Part shown: positions 16,181 to 25,745 of the stretch, piece after piece
Layout: the number at the start of each line of letters is the position of its first letter
How positions within the stretch are numbered: position 1 is the first letter of the stretch
Virus record (IMG/VR): IMGVR_UViG_3300020043_000552
Coordinates: 1 to 37,031 of that record
Direction: 5' to 3' (one strand)
DNA from: a virus
Taxonomy: Duplodnaviria; Caudoviricetes
Length of the DNA stretch: 37,031 nt
The notes under the pieces: model-generated
What the model saw: only the letters and a program-made list of their open reading frames with translations
Told to the model about the DNA's origin: nothing
The model's database searches: none
Translations under genes and position numbers: made by a program

Positions 16181-16252
16181 TTGACTAGTTTAGAAAACTA
16201 AATTATTCTGTCTTTACTCAATACCGAGTGATATAGAAAAGGAATAGAAATG
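16181..16252 (+). promoter_or_regulatory. Sigma70 promoter + operator + leader cassette (copy 2)
   Basis: TTGACT-N17-TATTCT with GTTTAGAAAACTAAA in the spacer; leader 34/38 identical to copy 1. Confidence 0.8.
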
Positions 16253-16525
16253 GAATCTACACAACAACGCAACAGCCGCATTGCAAACGATGATTCAATG
16301 GCACATTTAGCGTTTAATCATGCAATTGATTTTTTCCGTGGTTTAGCAACATACGAAATTACCCCTTCTTTTGGCACATCTTTTGGTTACAAACAAGTAA
16401 CGCCAAGAGGTCAATTGTCAGGCTGGGCAAAAACTTATGAAGAAGCTGTTGCAAAAGTTGAAGCATTAAAAAATGCTGACAATTGCAACGGTTACACACG
16501 CCAACAACTTGGGGATTTAGTATGA
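16250..16525 (+). CDS. Hypothetical early protein
   Basis: 91 aa, RBS AAGGA, directly behind the promoter cassette. Confidence 0.7.
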   Translation: MESTQQRNSRIANDDSMAHLAFNHAIDFFRGLATYEITPSFGTSFGYKQVTPRGQLSGWAKTYEEAVAKVEALKNADNCNGYTRQQLGDLV

Positions 16526-16725
16526 GAACGCCATACGATACAGGTAAGGTCAAGATTGGCCTTTATTACGAACCGCCTAAATATGTTGAACAAGACCCTG
16601 ACATGATTGCCATTCAAGGTTGGTTTTTAGGCGATAACAAGCTTGCTAGACGCAATTACTGGGCTAATGTTGTTTATTGCTGGATGTTGGTCATAGCAGT
16701 TCTTTTAATGATTATTTATGTCTGA
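16522..16725 (+). CDS. Small membrane protein
   Basis: MRTPYDTGKVKIG...; C-terminal TM helix. Confidence 0.65.
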   Translation: MRTPYDTGKVKIGLYYEPPKYVEQDPDMIAIQGWFLGDNKLARRNYWANVVYCWMLVIAVLLMIIYV

Positions 16726-16861
16726 ACCAAAGACTTTGCGTGAAATAGTTGAAAGTGAAGGAATCAGCCATCAAGCGGTGGCTGAAATCCTTGCACGAGC
16801 ATTGGTCAAAGTAGAAAAAGCATTAGCCGAGCGTGGCATAAAAATTGAGGATTTGATATGA
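16718..16861 (+). CDS. Sigma70 region-4-like HTH mini-protein (47 aa)
   Basis: Hand translation MSEPKTLREIVESEGISHQAVAEILARALVKVEKAL... Confidence 0.55.
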   Translation: MSEPKTLREIVESEGISHQAVAEILARALVKVEKALAERGIKIEDLI

Positions 16862-17070
16862 ACAATGAACCAGTAGCGTGGATGAATAGACTTGGCAGAT
16901 TGGAATATGAACAGGGCAATGGCTTTGAAATTCCACTCTACACCCATCCAGTAAAAACACTAACAGATGAGGAAATAATTGAAATTTGTCAGTTGATAGG
17001 CATTGACCCAACATCCGAATATATTTGGCAGTTTGCTAAAGCAATACTAAGAAAGGCACAAGAGAAATGA
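16858..17070 (+). CDS. Conserved phage protein (EPVAW...PLYT...LTDEEI)
   Basis: Common accessory phage motif set; ATGA coupling. Confidence 0.7.
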   Translation: MNNEPVAWMNRLGRLEYEQGNGFEIPLYTHPVKTLTDEEIIEICQLIGIDPTSEYIWQFAKAILRKAQEK

Positions 17071-17504
17071 AGTACAAACCTTTTGACCAGCGTTTGCATG
17101 ACGCTTGTGATCCACCAGCCCGTAATGCGGTTGCCGCATGGCTTAAAAACCTTTGGTATGTAGATGCTGTACCCAACCCTGATAAATACGCTGTAGACCT
17201 TGTATTAAGCAAAAATGGGCAGGAAATTGGCTTTGCAGAAGTTGAAGTGCGTGATTGGGGTATGGAGTTTTGCCCGTACAACACCATTCATATTGCCCAG
17301 CGTAAAGAAAAGCTATTTGCCCATCCTCGTACCACGATGTATGTAGTTACCCGTGATCTAACCCATGCTTACTGGATCAGAGCATCAAAGATCAAAGAAT
17401 GCCCGTTAATTGAAGTGCCAAATACGGCTGTTGCCCGTGACGAATACTTTTACGATGTACCTAAAGACCTGTGGAAGTTTGTTGATCTTAGGGAATTGTT
17501 TTAA
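17067..17504 (+). CDS. Restriction-endonuclease-fold protein
   Basis: VDL...FAEVEVR resembles a PD-(D/E)XK variant. Confidence 0.5.
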   Translation: MKYKPFDQRLHDACDPPARNAVAAWLKNLWYVDAVPNPDKYAVDLVLSKNGQEIGFAEVEVRDWGMEFCPYNTIHIAQRKEKLFAHPRTTMYVVTRDLTHAYWIRASKIKECPLIEVPNTAVARDEYFYDVPKDLWKFVDLRELF

Positions 17505-18088
17505 GCAATAGCGTCAAAAGCTTTGTTAATTTTGGCTTTGCGATCCTCAATACCGATATTTCCGCCATTGATGCGTTTAGTCATGCTGGTAATGTCATTG
17601 GCATCAGCAAGGGCGTTTAGACCCTTTTTGTTCCAAAACCACCCTGCACTTAAAGCCGCATATTTAGGAGTAGCCAGCCAATCAGGATTCCCAAGCAAAT
17701 CCACACCAATACCAAGTCCGCAGTTTGCATAGTTTTCCTTGCCTGTTAGCTGGATTAAACCACGACCAATGTACTTTGCCGCATCTTCAGGAGTTTCGTT
17801 ACCCATGCGACCAACATAAACCTTGCTGGCAATGCGTTCAGGCTTACGGGCGTATTCAGCCGCATATTCCTCGTTAGGAAAGCGTGAAGGCCATGTTGCT
17901 ACCAATCCCTTAGCAGAGTAGTTTAAGTTTTCTGTAAGCTGTTTAAAGCCGCCTGACTCGTGCATACATTGACCAATAAATGCCGCTTGGCGTTTAGGCG
18001 TAGAAATGTCGTATTTGGCAAAAGTTTCGTTAAGCGGTTCTAGCCATTCTTCGCCAATACCCAGCTTTTCTAGTTGTTCACTCGTCAT
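17501..18088 (-). CDS. Endolysin, glycoside hydrolase family 19
   Basis: AAFIGQCMHESGGF..ENLNYS, GRGLIQLTGKENY, TKRINGG. Confidence 0.9.
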   Translation of the reverse strand: MTSEQLEKLGIGEEWLEPLNETFAKYDISTPKRQAAFIGQCMHESGGFKQLTENLNYSAKGLVATWPSRFPNEEYAAEYARKPERIASKVYVGRMGNETPEDAAKYIGRGLIQLTGKENYANCGLGIGVDLLGNPDWLATPKYAALSAGWFWNKKGLNALADANDITSMTKRINGGNIGIEDRKAKINKAFDAIA

Positions 18089-18290
18089 CTGCTTGACCTA
18101 TCTTAATGCCTGTAATTAGCCCAATAAATCCACCAACAATGGTTTGAAACGCTGGGGATAACATTTCAAAAACTTTATCGTTATTTACTTTGTCGTGGAA
18201 CAAACCAATAAGCATGACGGCTACCATAGCCATTAAGATTGCGGCTAACGAAATAGTAGCCACCATTGTCATTTTTTCGGAATGCTTCAT
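18078..18290 (-). CDS. Two-TM membrane protein (holin candidate)
   Basis: 70 aa, two hydrophobic helices, adjacent to the endolysin. Confidence 0.55.
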   Translation of the reverse strand: MKHSEKMTMVATISLAAILMAMVAVMLIGLFHDKVNNDKVFEMLSPAFQTIVGGFIGLITGIKIGQADDE

Positions 18291-18715
18291 TTTTCTTTAA
18301 TTTCAGTTTCAATAACTTTAGACTTATCTTTCATGCCCATAATCTTTTCTAATGAGCGACCACCAAAGTAGGCTGTCATAACCAACATACCCCATTGACC
18401 AAGCAATTCGACATAGGCTGACTTGGTTTCGTAGTCAAACATCGACATAAAAGCAAAAAAGAAATAAGCCAATAACAAAAATATTAGCGTCATAGGGCGG
18501 ATGTTATTAGCTAACCAACTATCGCTAGCCATATCTGCTTGCCAACGCTTTGTAAGTTCTTGTTGCTCAGCAATATCGGCTTCTATCTGCTTAAATTCAC
18601 CGTTTTGTTGCATTTGTAGCAACTCTAACTGAGCTTTGGCTTTAGCTTCAGGGTCAGGAAAAAACTTATCAACTAGTTTCATTCCCACATCTAGAATGGC
18701 GGTAATTGGAAACAT
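18287..18715 (-). CDS. Holin, GTA 3TM-like family
   Basis: DKFFPDP...SDSWL..NIRP...AYFGGRS.EK. Confidence 0.75.
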   Translation of the reverse strand: MFPITAILDVGMKLVDKFFPDPEAKAKAQLELLQMQQNGEFKQIEADIAEQQELTKRWQADMASDSWLANNIRPMTLIFLLLAYFFFAFMSMFDYETKSAYVELLGQWGMLVMTAYFGGRSLEKIMGMKDKSKVIETEIKEK

Positions 18716-19263
18716 TATCTAAACCCACTTAGTCTTGGTGAAAATGCAAATGTTGCTTGGTACGGATCAGGTTTAACTGGGACATTGTTATCTGCCAAAG
18801 CCATAATATTCCACCCACCAGTAAAGCGAACACACCGAGCATTACCAATAGGGGCAATCCAAGTAAATTGAAATAATCCGTTAGCTTTAACGAAACACCA
18901 GCCAGCTTTTGCATTGTCGTTGTCCTTAATGGTTTTATCGCCAAAAACTTGAGTGTTATACGGTGCTGTAAGGTAACGCAAACACACGCTGTACGCTGGA
19001 TTACGCCAAAGCCATTTAACTTTAGACCAGTAACTAGGTGGGTTTAAGCGTTCAAATGTGGCGTCCCCGTCAAGGCTATTGTCGGGTGTCATAAACAAGT
19101 TTAACCAAGACGGCAAAACAGGGCCTACGCCACGCTTTGCGTGATTATCTAGCCACCATTCCTTTTGTACCGCAAAAACGGGTAAAACAGGGGCTAAAAT
19201 CACTGCAATAGCCGTCATCAGAAGGTTGTAAACCACCAAGAACGGATATAGCAAATAAATCAT
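18715..19263 (-). CDS. Conserved membrane-anchored phage protein
   Basis: N-terminal TM; WL..F.TPDNSLDGD, WLWRNPAY. Confidence 0.7.
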   Translation of the reverse strand: MIYLLYPFLVVYNLLMTAIAVILAPVLPVFAVQKEWWLDNHAKRGVGPVLPSWLNLFMTPDNSLDGDATFERLNPPSYWSKVKWLWRNPAYSVCLRYLTAPYNTQVFGDKTIKDNDNAKAGWCFVKANGLFQFTWIAPIGNARCVRFTGGWNIMALADNNVPVKPDPYQATFAFSPRLSGFR

Positions 19264-19496
19264 CTTTTTACAAATACAAAATCAGCTACAAAGCTAACAA
19301 CGCTACCAATAACGCCAGCAACGCCCATCAACGCCCAAAGACTGCCTCTTGAACGCTCTGCCATAAGAACTAGCTTTTTAAGGTCAGCATCCATAGCATC
19401 AATCTTTTTTTCCATAGATTGAAACTTTTGCTCGTAATTTTCAACGGTATTCCACAACACCCCGTAGCGAACAAGGTCGATTTTTCCGTCATCCAT
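19260..19496 (-). CDS. Coiled-coil + C-terminal TM protein (lysis-associated)
   Basis: 78 aa; located between the tail fibre and lysis genes. Confidence 0.65.
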   Translation of the reverse strand: MDDGKIDLVRYGVLWNTVENYEQKFQSMEKKIDAMDADLKKLVLMAERSRGSLWALMGVAGVIGSVVSFVADFVFVKR

Positions 19497-19498
19497 AA

Positions 19499-20245
19499 TT
19501 AATTCTTAACGGCAATAATGGCATCTACATAAGCAACGGCTAAGTTAATGGCGTTTCCAGTAAATGTATGGGTGTGTGAATTTCCAGTAAATGTTCCACC
19601 AGTATGAGTATGTGAACCACCGCCACCTTCTGCGCCAGTATTTGCAGTAGTAGTGTTGTAATAATAAGACTCATAATCGGTAGACGCACCCACTCTTGTG
19701 CTATTTACTACTGAATAAGTATGAGTATGGCTAGGAATTTGGCTTGTAGAAAGAGTTGTTGCTCCGCTTGTACCTACAGAACCTGTTGCGGTTGTTGCAT
19801 CTGTAGTGCCTGTAACTGATTGGCTTGCAAATGCAGTTGTAAAGTCAACGCTACCACCTGTTCCTGCTGTACCGCTAACAATACGCAAAGCTTTGTTATT
19901 GTGCGTTGTAGATTTAGTCCAGCCAGTAGGTGCGGCAGTCTGAATAAACAACATATATGTGCCAGCAACAAATGGGGGTGCAACAGCAGTAGCAATAGCA
20001 GCATTTACCCAAGCAACTGTAGTTGCATCTTGGTCAAGCGTAGGATCAGCCAAATCTTTAATTTGATTGGCAGCCATGTTTAAGTCACCGCTTGCAGGTG
20101 TTTGACCGTCTGAAGCCAAAGAACCAGTTAAGGCATTAGCAATATCAGTTAAGGTTGTGTTAGCCCAAGCAGAAGTGATAACACTACCACTTACTACGGG
20201 GTTACCTGCAGGTAGGTTATATGTACCACTACCGTTTCTACTCAT
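19499..20245 (-). CDS. Short tail fibre
   Basis: N-terminal anchor MSRNGSGTYNLPAG; FIQTAAPTGWTK; TLSTSQIPSHTH and H-x-H metal-binding motifs. Confidence 0.8.
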   Translation of the reverse strand: MSRNGSGTYNLPAGNPVVSGSVITSAWANTTLTDIANALTGSLASDGQTPASGDLNMAANQIKDLADPTLDQDATTVAWVNAAIATAVAPPFVAGTYMLFIQTAAPTGWTKSTTHNNKALRIVSGTAGTGGSVDFTTAFASQSVTGTTDATTATGSVGTSGATTLSTSQIPSHTHTYSVVNSTRVGASTDYESYYYNTTTANTGAEGGGGSHTHTGGTFTGNSHTHTFTGNAINLAVAYVDAIIAVKN

Positions 20246-21833
20246 TTGTTGCTCCTTGTTGGGCGGCTTTCATAATTAACAATTTTGCCAGTTTTCGTTG
20301 TTCAGGAGTGCCTGAATTAGCTAAATCCAATACAGGGCGTGAAGCTTTGCCTGCCATGTATGCGGCTTCACCAACTACTCTAGGGCTTTGCAATGGCAAT
20401 GTAGCTAAAGGTATCAATCCAGCAGGTCCAAGAGCCATTGCGCCCGTAATACCGCTTCCTGCGGTAAAACTTGGCAATACCTTTTGAATACCTCTTGGAG
20501 CAACGCTGTTTAATGCTTGTCCTGCTAACGCTGGCATCAAATCTACCCCAGCATCTCTTTTTAAAATTTCAGCCAATTGTTGACGATGTAAATAGCTAGT
20601 ATTGGCGTTATTACGCATTAAAGATTGCAGTTTGCGAACAGCTGTATCTACGGCAGTTTTATCGCCAAGCCCTAATGCTTGTTCAAGGTCACGCTCTAAT
20701 TTTAAAGATTCTTCGTAACCACGCATTGTTTTAGCGTAATTCGGGTCTTGTTTGACAATGGTGTTTTTAACCTGACCTCTAGTTTGAGTAAGAATAGACT
20801 TGGCTTCATTGGACATATCGTTTGACCATAAGTCATCAATTCTGCGTTTTAAAGCGTCTAAACCTTCTGCTGTGTGCAATTCAGGCTTTGATTTCCATTC
20901 GTCAACAACAGACTTAATTTGACCTACCTCTTTAAGAGTTTTATCGCCAACTCTTGACGCTTCAACACCACCAACGCCTTTAACAGTCAAACCTTTAAGC
21001 GTGTCTTGAAATGTATTTTCAATAGGCTTAAAGTCCAAAAACACTTGGTTTTTGTTTGTTGATTGAATACCTTGCTCGTAAGCTTGTCTACGCATACTTT
21101 TAAGCGTTTGCAATCCACCTTGTGCGGCTTCTAATACATCGCTTGCAGGTACTTCGCCACGCAAATTAGCTAAAAACTGTGGATTCTTGGTTGTGCCAGC
21201 TTTAAATGCTTCGCCAACAGCATCGCCACCTGCGCCAGTAGATAAACCTAGTGTTTCTTTGCCAAGCCAGCCAGCACCCTTAATTAAAGGTTTAGAAATC
21301 TCACCAACTGGGCCAGTTGCCGCACCAAACATTGCCGCATTGCCACGATCTTCTACGCTTGGAGTTAATAACGCCCCTGTACCAGCACCAATAGCTGACT
21401 GTTCGCCTACAGCAGTAGCAAAACTAGGTATTTTTCCAATAACATTGGCTACTTGCGGAATAGACTTAAGACCAGTTACAAGTTTTTGTGCCATAGAATA
21501 AGGTGCAATGTAAGAACCAATTTGACCTGCTGTTCCAGCTACTGGGTATTGTTCTTTTACTTGACTTGTAAGACGCTCTCCAAGACGGCTAATATTGCGA
21601 CCAGTTTCGGGAAATGCTAATTCAGTTGCCGCACCTGCACCTTTGATTAGTTCGCCAACACCAGCAACAGCCATAGGGCCAACAACAGCGTTGCCTTCCA
21701 TTTTAGGTATTTCAACACCTTTTAAAAAACGGTCATAAGCGGATTCAGGTTGCAAAACTGCACCTTCAGGCATAGGTGGCAATCCTTCTACAAGAACCGC
21801 ACCTTTAGGTAGTGGGGGTAATGTATCAGCCAT
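20238..21833 (-). CDS. DNA ejection/internal virion protein
   Basis: 531 aa, A/G-rich helical; position after the nozzle genes; SPRVVGEAAY. Confidence 0.6.
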   Translation of the reverse strand: MADTLPPLPKGAVLVEGLPPMPEGAVLQPESAYDRFLKGVEIPKMEGNAVVGPMAVAGVGELIKGAGAATELAFPETGRNISRLGERLTSQVKEQYPVAGTAGQIGSYIAPYSMAQKLVTGLKSIPQVANVIGKIPSFATAVGEQSAIGAGTGALLTPSVEDRGNAAMFGAATGPVGEISKPLIKGAGWLGKETLGLSTGAGGDAVGEAFKAGTTKNPQFLANLRGEVPASDVLEAAQGGLQTLKSMRRQAYEQGIQSTNKNQVFLDFKPIENTFQDTLKGLTVKGVGGVEASRVGDKTLKEVGQIKSVVDEWKSKPELHTAEGLDALKRRIDDLWSNDMSNEAKSILTQTRGQVKNTIVKQDPNYAKTMRGYEESLKLERDLEQALGLGDKTAVDTAVRKLQSLMRNNANTSYLHRQQLAEILKRDAGVDLMPALAGQALNSVAPRGIQKVLPSFTAGSGITGAMALGPAGLIPLATLPLQSPRVVGEAAYMAGKASRPVLDLANSGTPEQRKLAKLLIMKAAQQGATNE

Positions 21834-23320
21834 TATTTGACTTCCTCACCTGTGTCAGAATAAACCCATTTATTGCCACGAACTTCAATAGGCTTATTGT
21901 TCAATATTGCCCTTGCAGTTGCACCAGTTTGTCTTGGCGTTCCAGTTGTAGCCGTTTCTTCTGCTATTTTAGGAACAACAACATATTTACGCATATTTTC
22001 AGGAACAGGTTTTTGAGCGGTTCTATATGTTGCAACAATTTTGCTACTGCCAAAATCTTTTTGTTCGTCAAGAATCTTTTTAACAGTATTTTTTGTAACC
22101 ATAATATTGGAATAGTTAGGCACAACTTCTTCCAAAATACGCTCATCGCCACCGTTTAAAACGCCCAAATTATTAGCTTCTTTGCCTGTTAATTTAACTG
22201 TTGCATAAAGTGAATTTAAACGATTTCTAACTTGTGGATTTGTTAAATCTTTAGCAGACAGTCCGTTTACATAATCGCTGTATTTTCCTAAAGCATCTAC
22301 ATAAGTAGTAGCACCAGTTACAGTATTAGCTGGTGTGCCTTCTAGTGGCTTGTAAAGGTCAGCGTTCCATGATCTTGCGTTAGCACCGCTTTTCATTGGT
22401 GGCATTGGGGGCGGCTTGAATGGATCGTAACCATAGGTTTTTACCAAAGCATCAACGGGTGCATTTGTAGAAGATACAGGCTTTGAAGCTGGATTGGTTG
22501 TATTGCCACCAACAAAAGGTTGTCCACCACCAACAGGCATATTTCCACCAACGGTAGGCATACTGCCACCGCCAGTTGAAGAACGGCCACCGCCATAAGG
22601 ATTGCCAAACTGACCAGTACCTATGCCTTGATCGTTTAAATGCAAAACTTCGCTTGGGGTAAAAGCCGCTTTGCTAACGCCAATAAATTGCAATGTACTT
22701 CTTGGGTCTTGTGAATTAGCGTCATAACGCCAATTTTCAGTATCACCAGTTTGTTTGTTAATTTGTGTGACAGTTTCCCATTTAGGGCCTTTTGTAATTT
22801 CTTTCATAGCGTTTTCACGCACAAAAGATGGCAAAAGATCATTGGTTGCCGCTCTCATATTTGCAGTAAATGAATTTGCGGGAATAGCTGGGCTACCTGC
22901 AACACCTGCTTGAGAACCATAAGTAAGCATTCCGTTGTCATCACGCAATGTTTGACCTTGTGGTATTACAGCAGGTTGTTCAGCAACAGCAGGAGAACCT
23001 TTAAGGTCTTTAAAATAACCAGACAATGCTTCACCTTGAGCTTCACGAATAGCTTTAGCCAATTCAAGTTGACCTTTATCAGCTTGATAATTTGCATACA
23101 TAGCTAATGCTTGATTGGCAACAGGAGCAAGGTTTTGTGACCAGCTAGGGGCAACATAATGTCCACTAATCATTTGCCCTTGTGGTTGTCCTTGCATCGC
23201 TTGTTGCGTTAACAACTGAGCCATTCTTTGTTGCTGTGTATTTTCTAGTAGCTTTGGTTGATACGCTTCAGGAACAGAAGCTACTGGAAGTGGGGCAGAA
23301 CCGCCTGTGTATGTTGCCAT
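21833..23320 (-). CDS. DNA ejection/internal virion protein
   Basis: 495 aa, Q/G/P-rich; GQMISGHYVAPS; position. Confidence 0.55.
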   Translation of the reverse strand: MATYTGGSAPLPVASVPEAYQPKLLENTQQQRMAQLLTQQAMQGQPQGQMISGHYVAPSWSQNLAPVANQALAMYANYQADKGQLELAKAIREAQGEALSGYFKDLKGSPAVAEQPAVIPQGQTLRDDNGMLTYGSQAGVAGSPAIPANSFTANMRAATNDLLPSFVRENAMKEITKGPKWETVTQINKQTGDTENWRYDANSQDPRSTLQFIGVSKAAFTPSEVLHLNDQGIGTGQFGNPYGGGRSSTGGGSMPTVGGNMPVGGGQPFVGGNTTNPASKPVSSTNAPVDALVKTYGYDPFKPPPMPPMKSGANARSWNADLYKPLEGTPANTVTGATTYVDALGKYSDYVNGLSAKDLTNPQVRNRLNSLYATVKLTGKEANNLGVLNGGDERILEEVVPNYSNIMVTKNTVKKILDEQKDFGSSKIVATYRTAQKPVPENMRKYVVVPKIAEETATTGTPRQTGATARAILNNKPIEVRGNKWVYSDTGEEVK

Positions 23321-23322
23321 AA

Positions 23323-23685
23323 TTAATCTCTTGTGCTAATTAAATTACCGACATTTTGAGAGTAGTCAGGCCCTTGCGGTGTGTACGCATAAGGGTTTTG
23401 ACCATTTTGGTCGTAAGCAATTCCCGTGCCTTTTTCAGTTATGCCATTGCTAGACGCACCTTCACGCAACATTTTAGCCATCATCATTTGCTGAATCGGG
23501 GCCATCATGCGACTTAAACCGCTTGGTTGACCAGCAATGTTAGCTGATTGGTTGTTGTATTGTTGTTGTTGATTAAGCATGGCTTGGTGCATGGCTTCTT
23601 GAGAGCCTTGACCCATTACTTGCGGTTGACCATATTGAGCATTGGATTGCATCGGAGCGTATGCAGATGTGAAGTCGTTTGGCAT
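23323..23685 (-). CDS. Q/M-rich small virion protein (probable)
   Basis: 120 aa low-complexity ORF in the ejection cluster. Confidence 0.5.
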   Translation of the reverse strand: MPNDFTSAYAPMQSNAQYGQPQVMGQGSQEAMHQAMLNQQQQYNNQSANIAGQPSGLSRMMAPIQQMMMAKMLREGASSNGITEKGTGIAYDQNGQNPYAYTPQGPDYSQNVGNLISTRD

Positions 23686-23686
23686 A

Positions 23687-24421
23687 TTATTTCCCTAAAA
23701 TTTGCTTGATTCCAAGCGTTTCGGTCATAACTGCATTATCAATTCTTTGCAGTAATTTGACAACATAATGATGTTTAATTGGGTGATGCTTTTTCATATA
23801 TTCCATTCGTTCTACGCTGTTTTCGGTAAAAGCCGTGCAATTCCAGCAGTCCAAAGAAGTATGGCTTTTCATCAATAGACGATCAGTCATTTCAACGCCT
23901 TGTTTTAGCAAGTAATCGTTGACTTCTTGGTTACTCCAGTCTTGCAATGGAAAAAAGTATTCAATCCCATCTGCTACATAGCCTGATTTTATGGGTGATC
24001 GGTGACTTTCGTCAGCCCGTTGCCCTCTAATCACGCCTGTGATCCCCAATTCCTTTACTTTCGCATAGGCTGGTGACCATAAATTCTCGTTACAACACTC
24101 CAAATAACTTCTAAGCGTTAATGTCTTGCTAGAAGTAAATTCTTGCCCCAGTTTTGTAAAGTTAATTGGCACTACATCAGCAGGATAGCCATTGATTTCA
24201 ATTGACCAAGCCTGATTTGTAGGCACTTCCACAAAACTAGGTACTTCTAAAGCTACTTTTGTTACACATTCTTCAATTTCGAAAAAATTTGAACCTGTAT
24301 TTACCCAAATTACTACTATTTTATCCAAATACGGTTTAAGTAACTCTAAACACGCTATTGAATCTTTACCACCTGAAAACATTAAAGCCACCTTTTTGTG
24401 GCGGCTTATAAATTCTTTCAT
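23687..24421 (-). CDS. PAPS-reductase-family (PP-loop) protein
   Basis: FSGGKDS PP-loop, GQRADES, PLQDWS, SLDCWNCT. Confidence 0.85.
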   Translation of the reverse strand: MKEFISRHKKVALMFSGGKDSIACLELLKPYLDKIVVIWVNTGSNFFEIEECVTKVALEVPSFVEVPTNQAWSIEINGYPADVVPINFTKLGQEFTSSKTLTLRSYLECCNENLWSPAYAKVKELGITGVIRGQRADESHRSPIKSGYVADGIEYFFPLQDWSNQEVNDYLLKQGVEMTDRLLMKSHTSLDCWNCTAFTENSVERMEYMKKHHPIKHHYVVKLLQRIDNAVMTETLGIKQILGK

Positions 24422-25317
24422 TAGAACATTGCACCTGCCATCAATGCAGTACCGCCTAACTGATACAAGCCCCCAGTATTAGCCGCACTTGCCGCATTAG
24501 AAGCATTAGAAGCACCTAACTGAGCGTTGTAACCTGCTTGAGTTGCCCCAAGAATGTCAGCACCCTGTGTAGTTGCTTGCTGTGGTACAGATTGGAATGT
24601 CGGATTAGTAACCTGTGAACCCGAACGAATAGCGTTCAATGTATTGATCGGCTCATTACGCATATAACCAGCCTGACTAAATCCTTGCTGATTTGCTTGT
24701 AAACCAACACCAATACCACCAGTTTGTGCAGCTACAAGACGATCATTTTGGCTCATGTCAAACATACGTTTGGCGTTTTGATAAGCTTCGGAACCTACTG
24801 GAATACCGCTATTTGCCATCTTTTGATCAAAAGACTTTTGTTCCATTTGAAGCTGTGGCTGTAATCTACGCATAATTGCCGCAGAGTAATCTTCGCCAGC
24901 ATTAATACCAACTTGAGGCAAAACGCTTGTATCAAAAGGCTTGCTAATCATGTCCTCTACATAGCTAAGACCTTTGTTTTGCAAATTACCTAGATCAATA
25001 CTGGTTTTGTTTTGAATATCCAGTAATTGCTGTTGTTCAGGGCTTAACGCTGTGGTTGCAGTCCAAGTAGGATTACCCCAAGGGTCATATTGAGATTCAG
25101 GGTTTACGTTATAAGTAAGTGTTCCGTAAGGGGTTACTTGGTTAACACGGTTAGCCGCAGCCGCTGTTCTTGCCGCATCTAAGTTTCCTTGTGCGGTAGC
25201 TTGTGCTGCACCAGCATAGTCAGGAGTGGGGGGCGAACCACCACCTTTGCCACCGCCAAATGGAGTGCGTTTGCCTTCCCAAGTCCAGCCATTGTGTTTG
25301 CTTCTTAATATGCTCAT
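24421..25317 (-). CDS. DNA ejection protein (P22 gp7-like position)
   Basis: GGGKGGGSPPTPDYAGAAQATA N-terminus, A/Q/G-rich, hydrophobic C-terminus. Confidence 0.6.
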   Translation of the reverse strand: MSILRSKHNGWTWEGKRTPFGGGKGGGSPPTPDYAGAAQATAQGNLDAARTAAAANRVNQVTPYGTLTYNVNPESQYDPWGNPTWTATTALSPEQQQLLDIQNKTSIDLGNLQNKGLSYVEDMISKPFDTSVLPQVGINAGEDYSAAIMRRLQPQLQMEQKSFDQKMANSGIPVGSEAYQNAKRMFDMSQNDRLVAAQTGGIGVGLQANQQGFSQAGYMRNEPINTLNAIRSGSQVTNPTFQSVPQQATTQGADILGATQAGYNAQLGASNASNAASAANTGGLYQLGGTALMAGAMF

Positions 25318-25745
25318 TTTTTACGCTCCCTGATCCACCTGCAATCAGCTTTGTTCATTTCAAAAACTACAAGGTCACCGCCATCATCGTGCATTCCTGC
25401 AAAACGCTTTGCTTCCGTAAAACCTAGTTTTTGGTCATATTCCATAGCTTTAGTGTTATTGCTATTAACTATTCCAAAAACCATTTTAAGGTCGCATTGA
25501 TTAAACGGGTAATCAAATGCTGCCTTTAGTAACTGCTTGGGTGTGTAACCACCCTTTAAATTAACCATGTGCATTTGACAGGTTTTACCTATAAATGCCG
25601 TGTAACCAACGCACCATTCAACATTGTTTTTGTCATCAGCCCAAAATATAGCTTGTAAATCTTCACAACGCTGAACGCCAATTTCATTAAATAGTATTTT
25701 AGCCGCAATATCCTTTAATTCCAATGTATTGGCAACCCACAACAT
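25314..25745 (-). CDS. GNAT-fold virion assembly protein
   Basis: FDYPF...V.SNN.KA....KLGF; same position as P22 gp14 / T7 gp13. Confidence 0.7.
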   Translation of the reverse strand: MLWVANTLELKDIAAKILFNEIGVQRCEDLQAIFWADDKNNVEWCVGYTAFIGKTCQMHMVNLKGGYTPKQLLKAAFDYPFNQCDLKMVFGIVNSNNTKAMEYDQKLGFTEAKRFAGMHDDGGDLVVFEMNKADCRWIRERKK

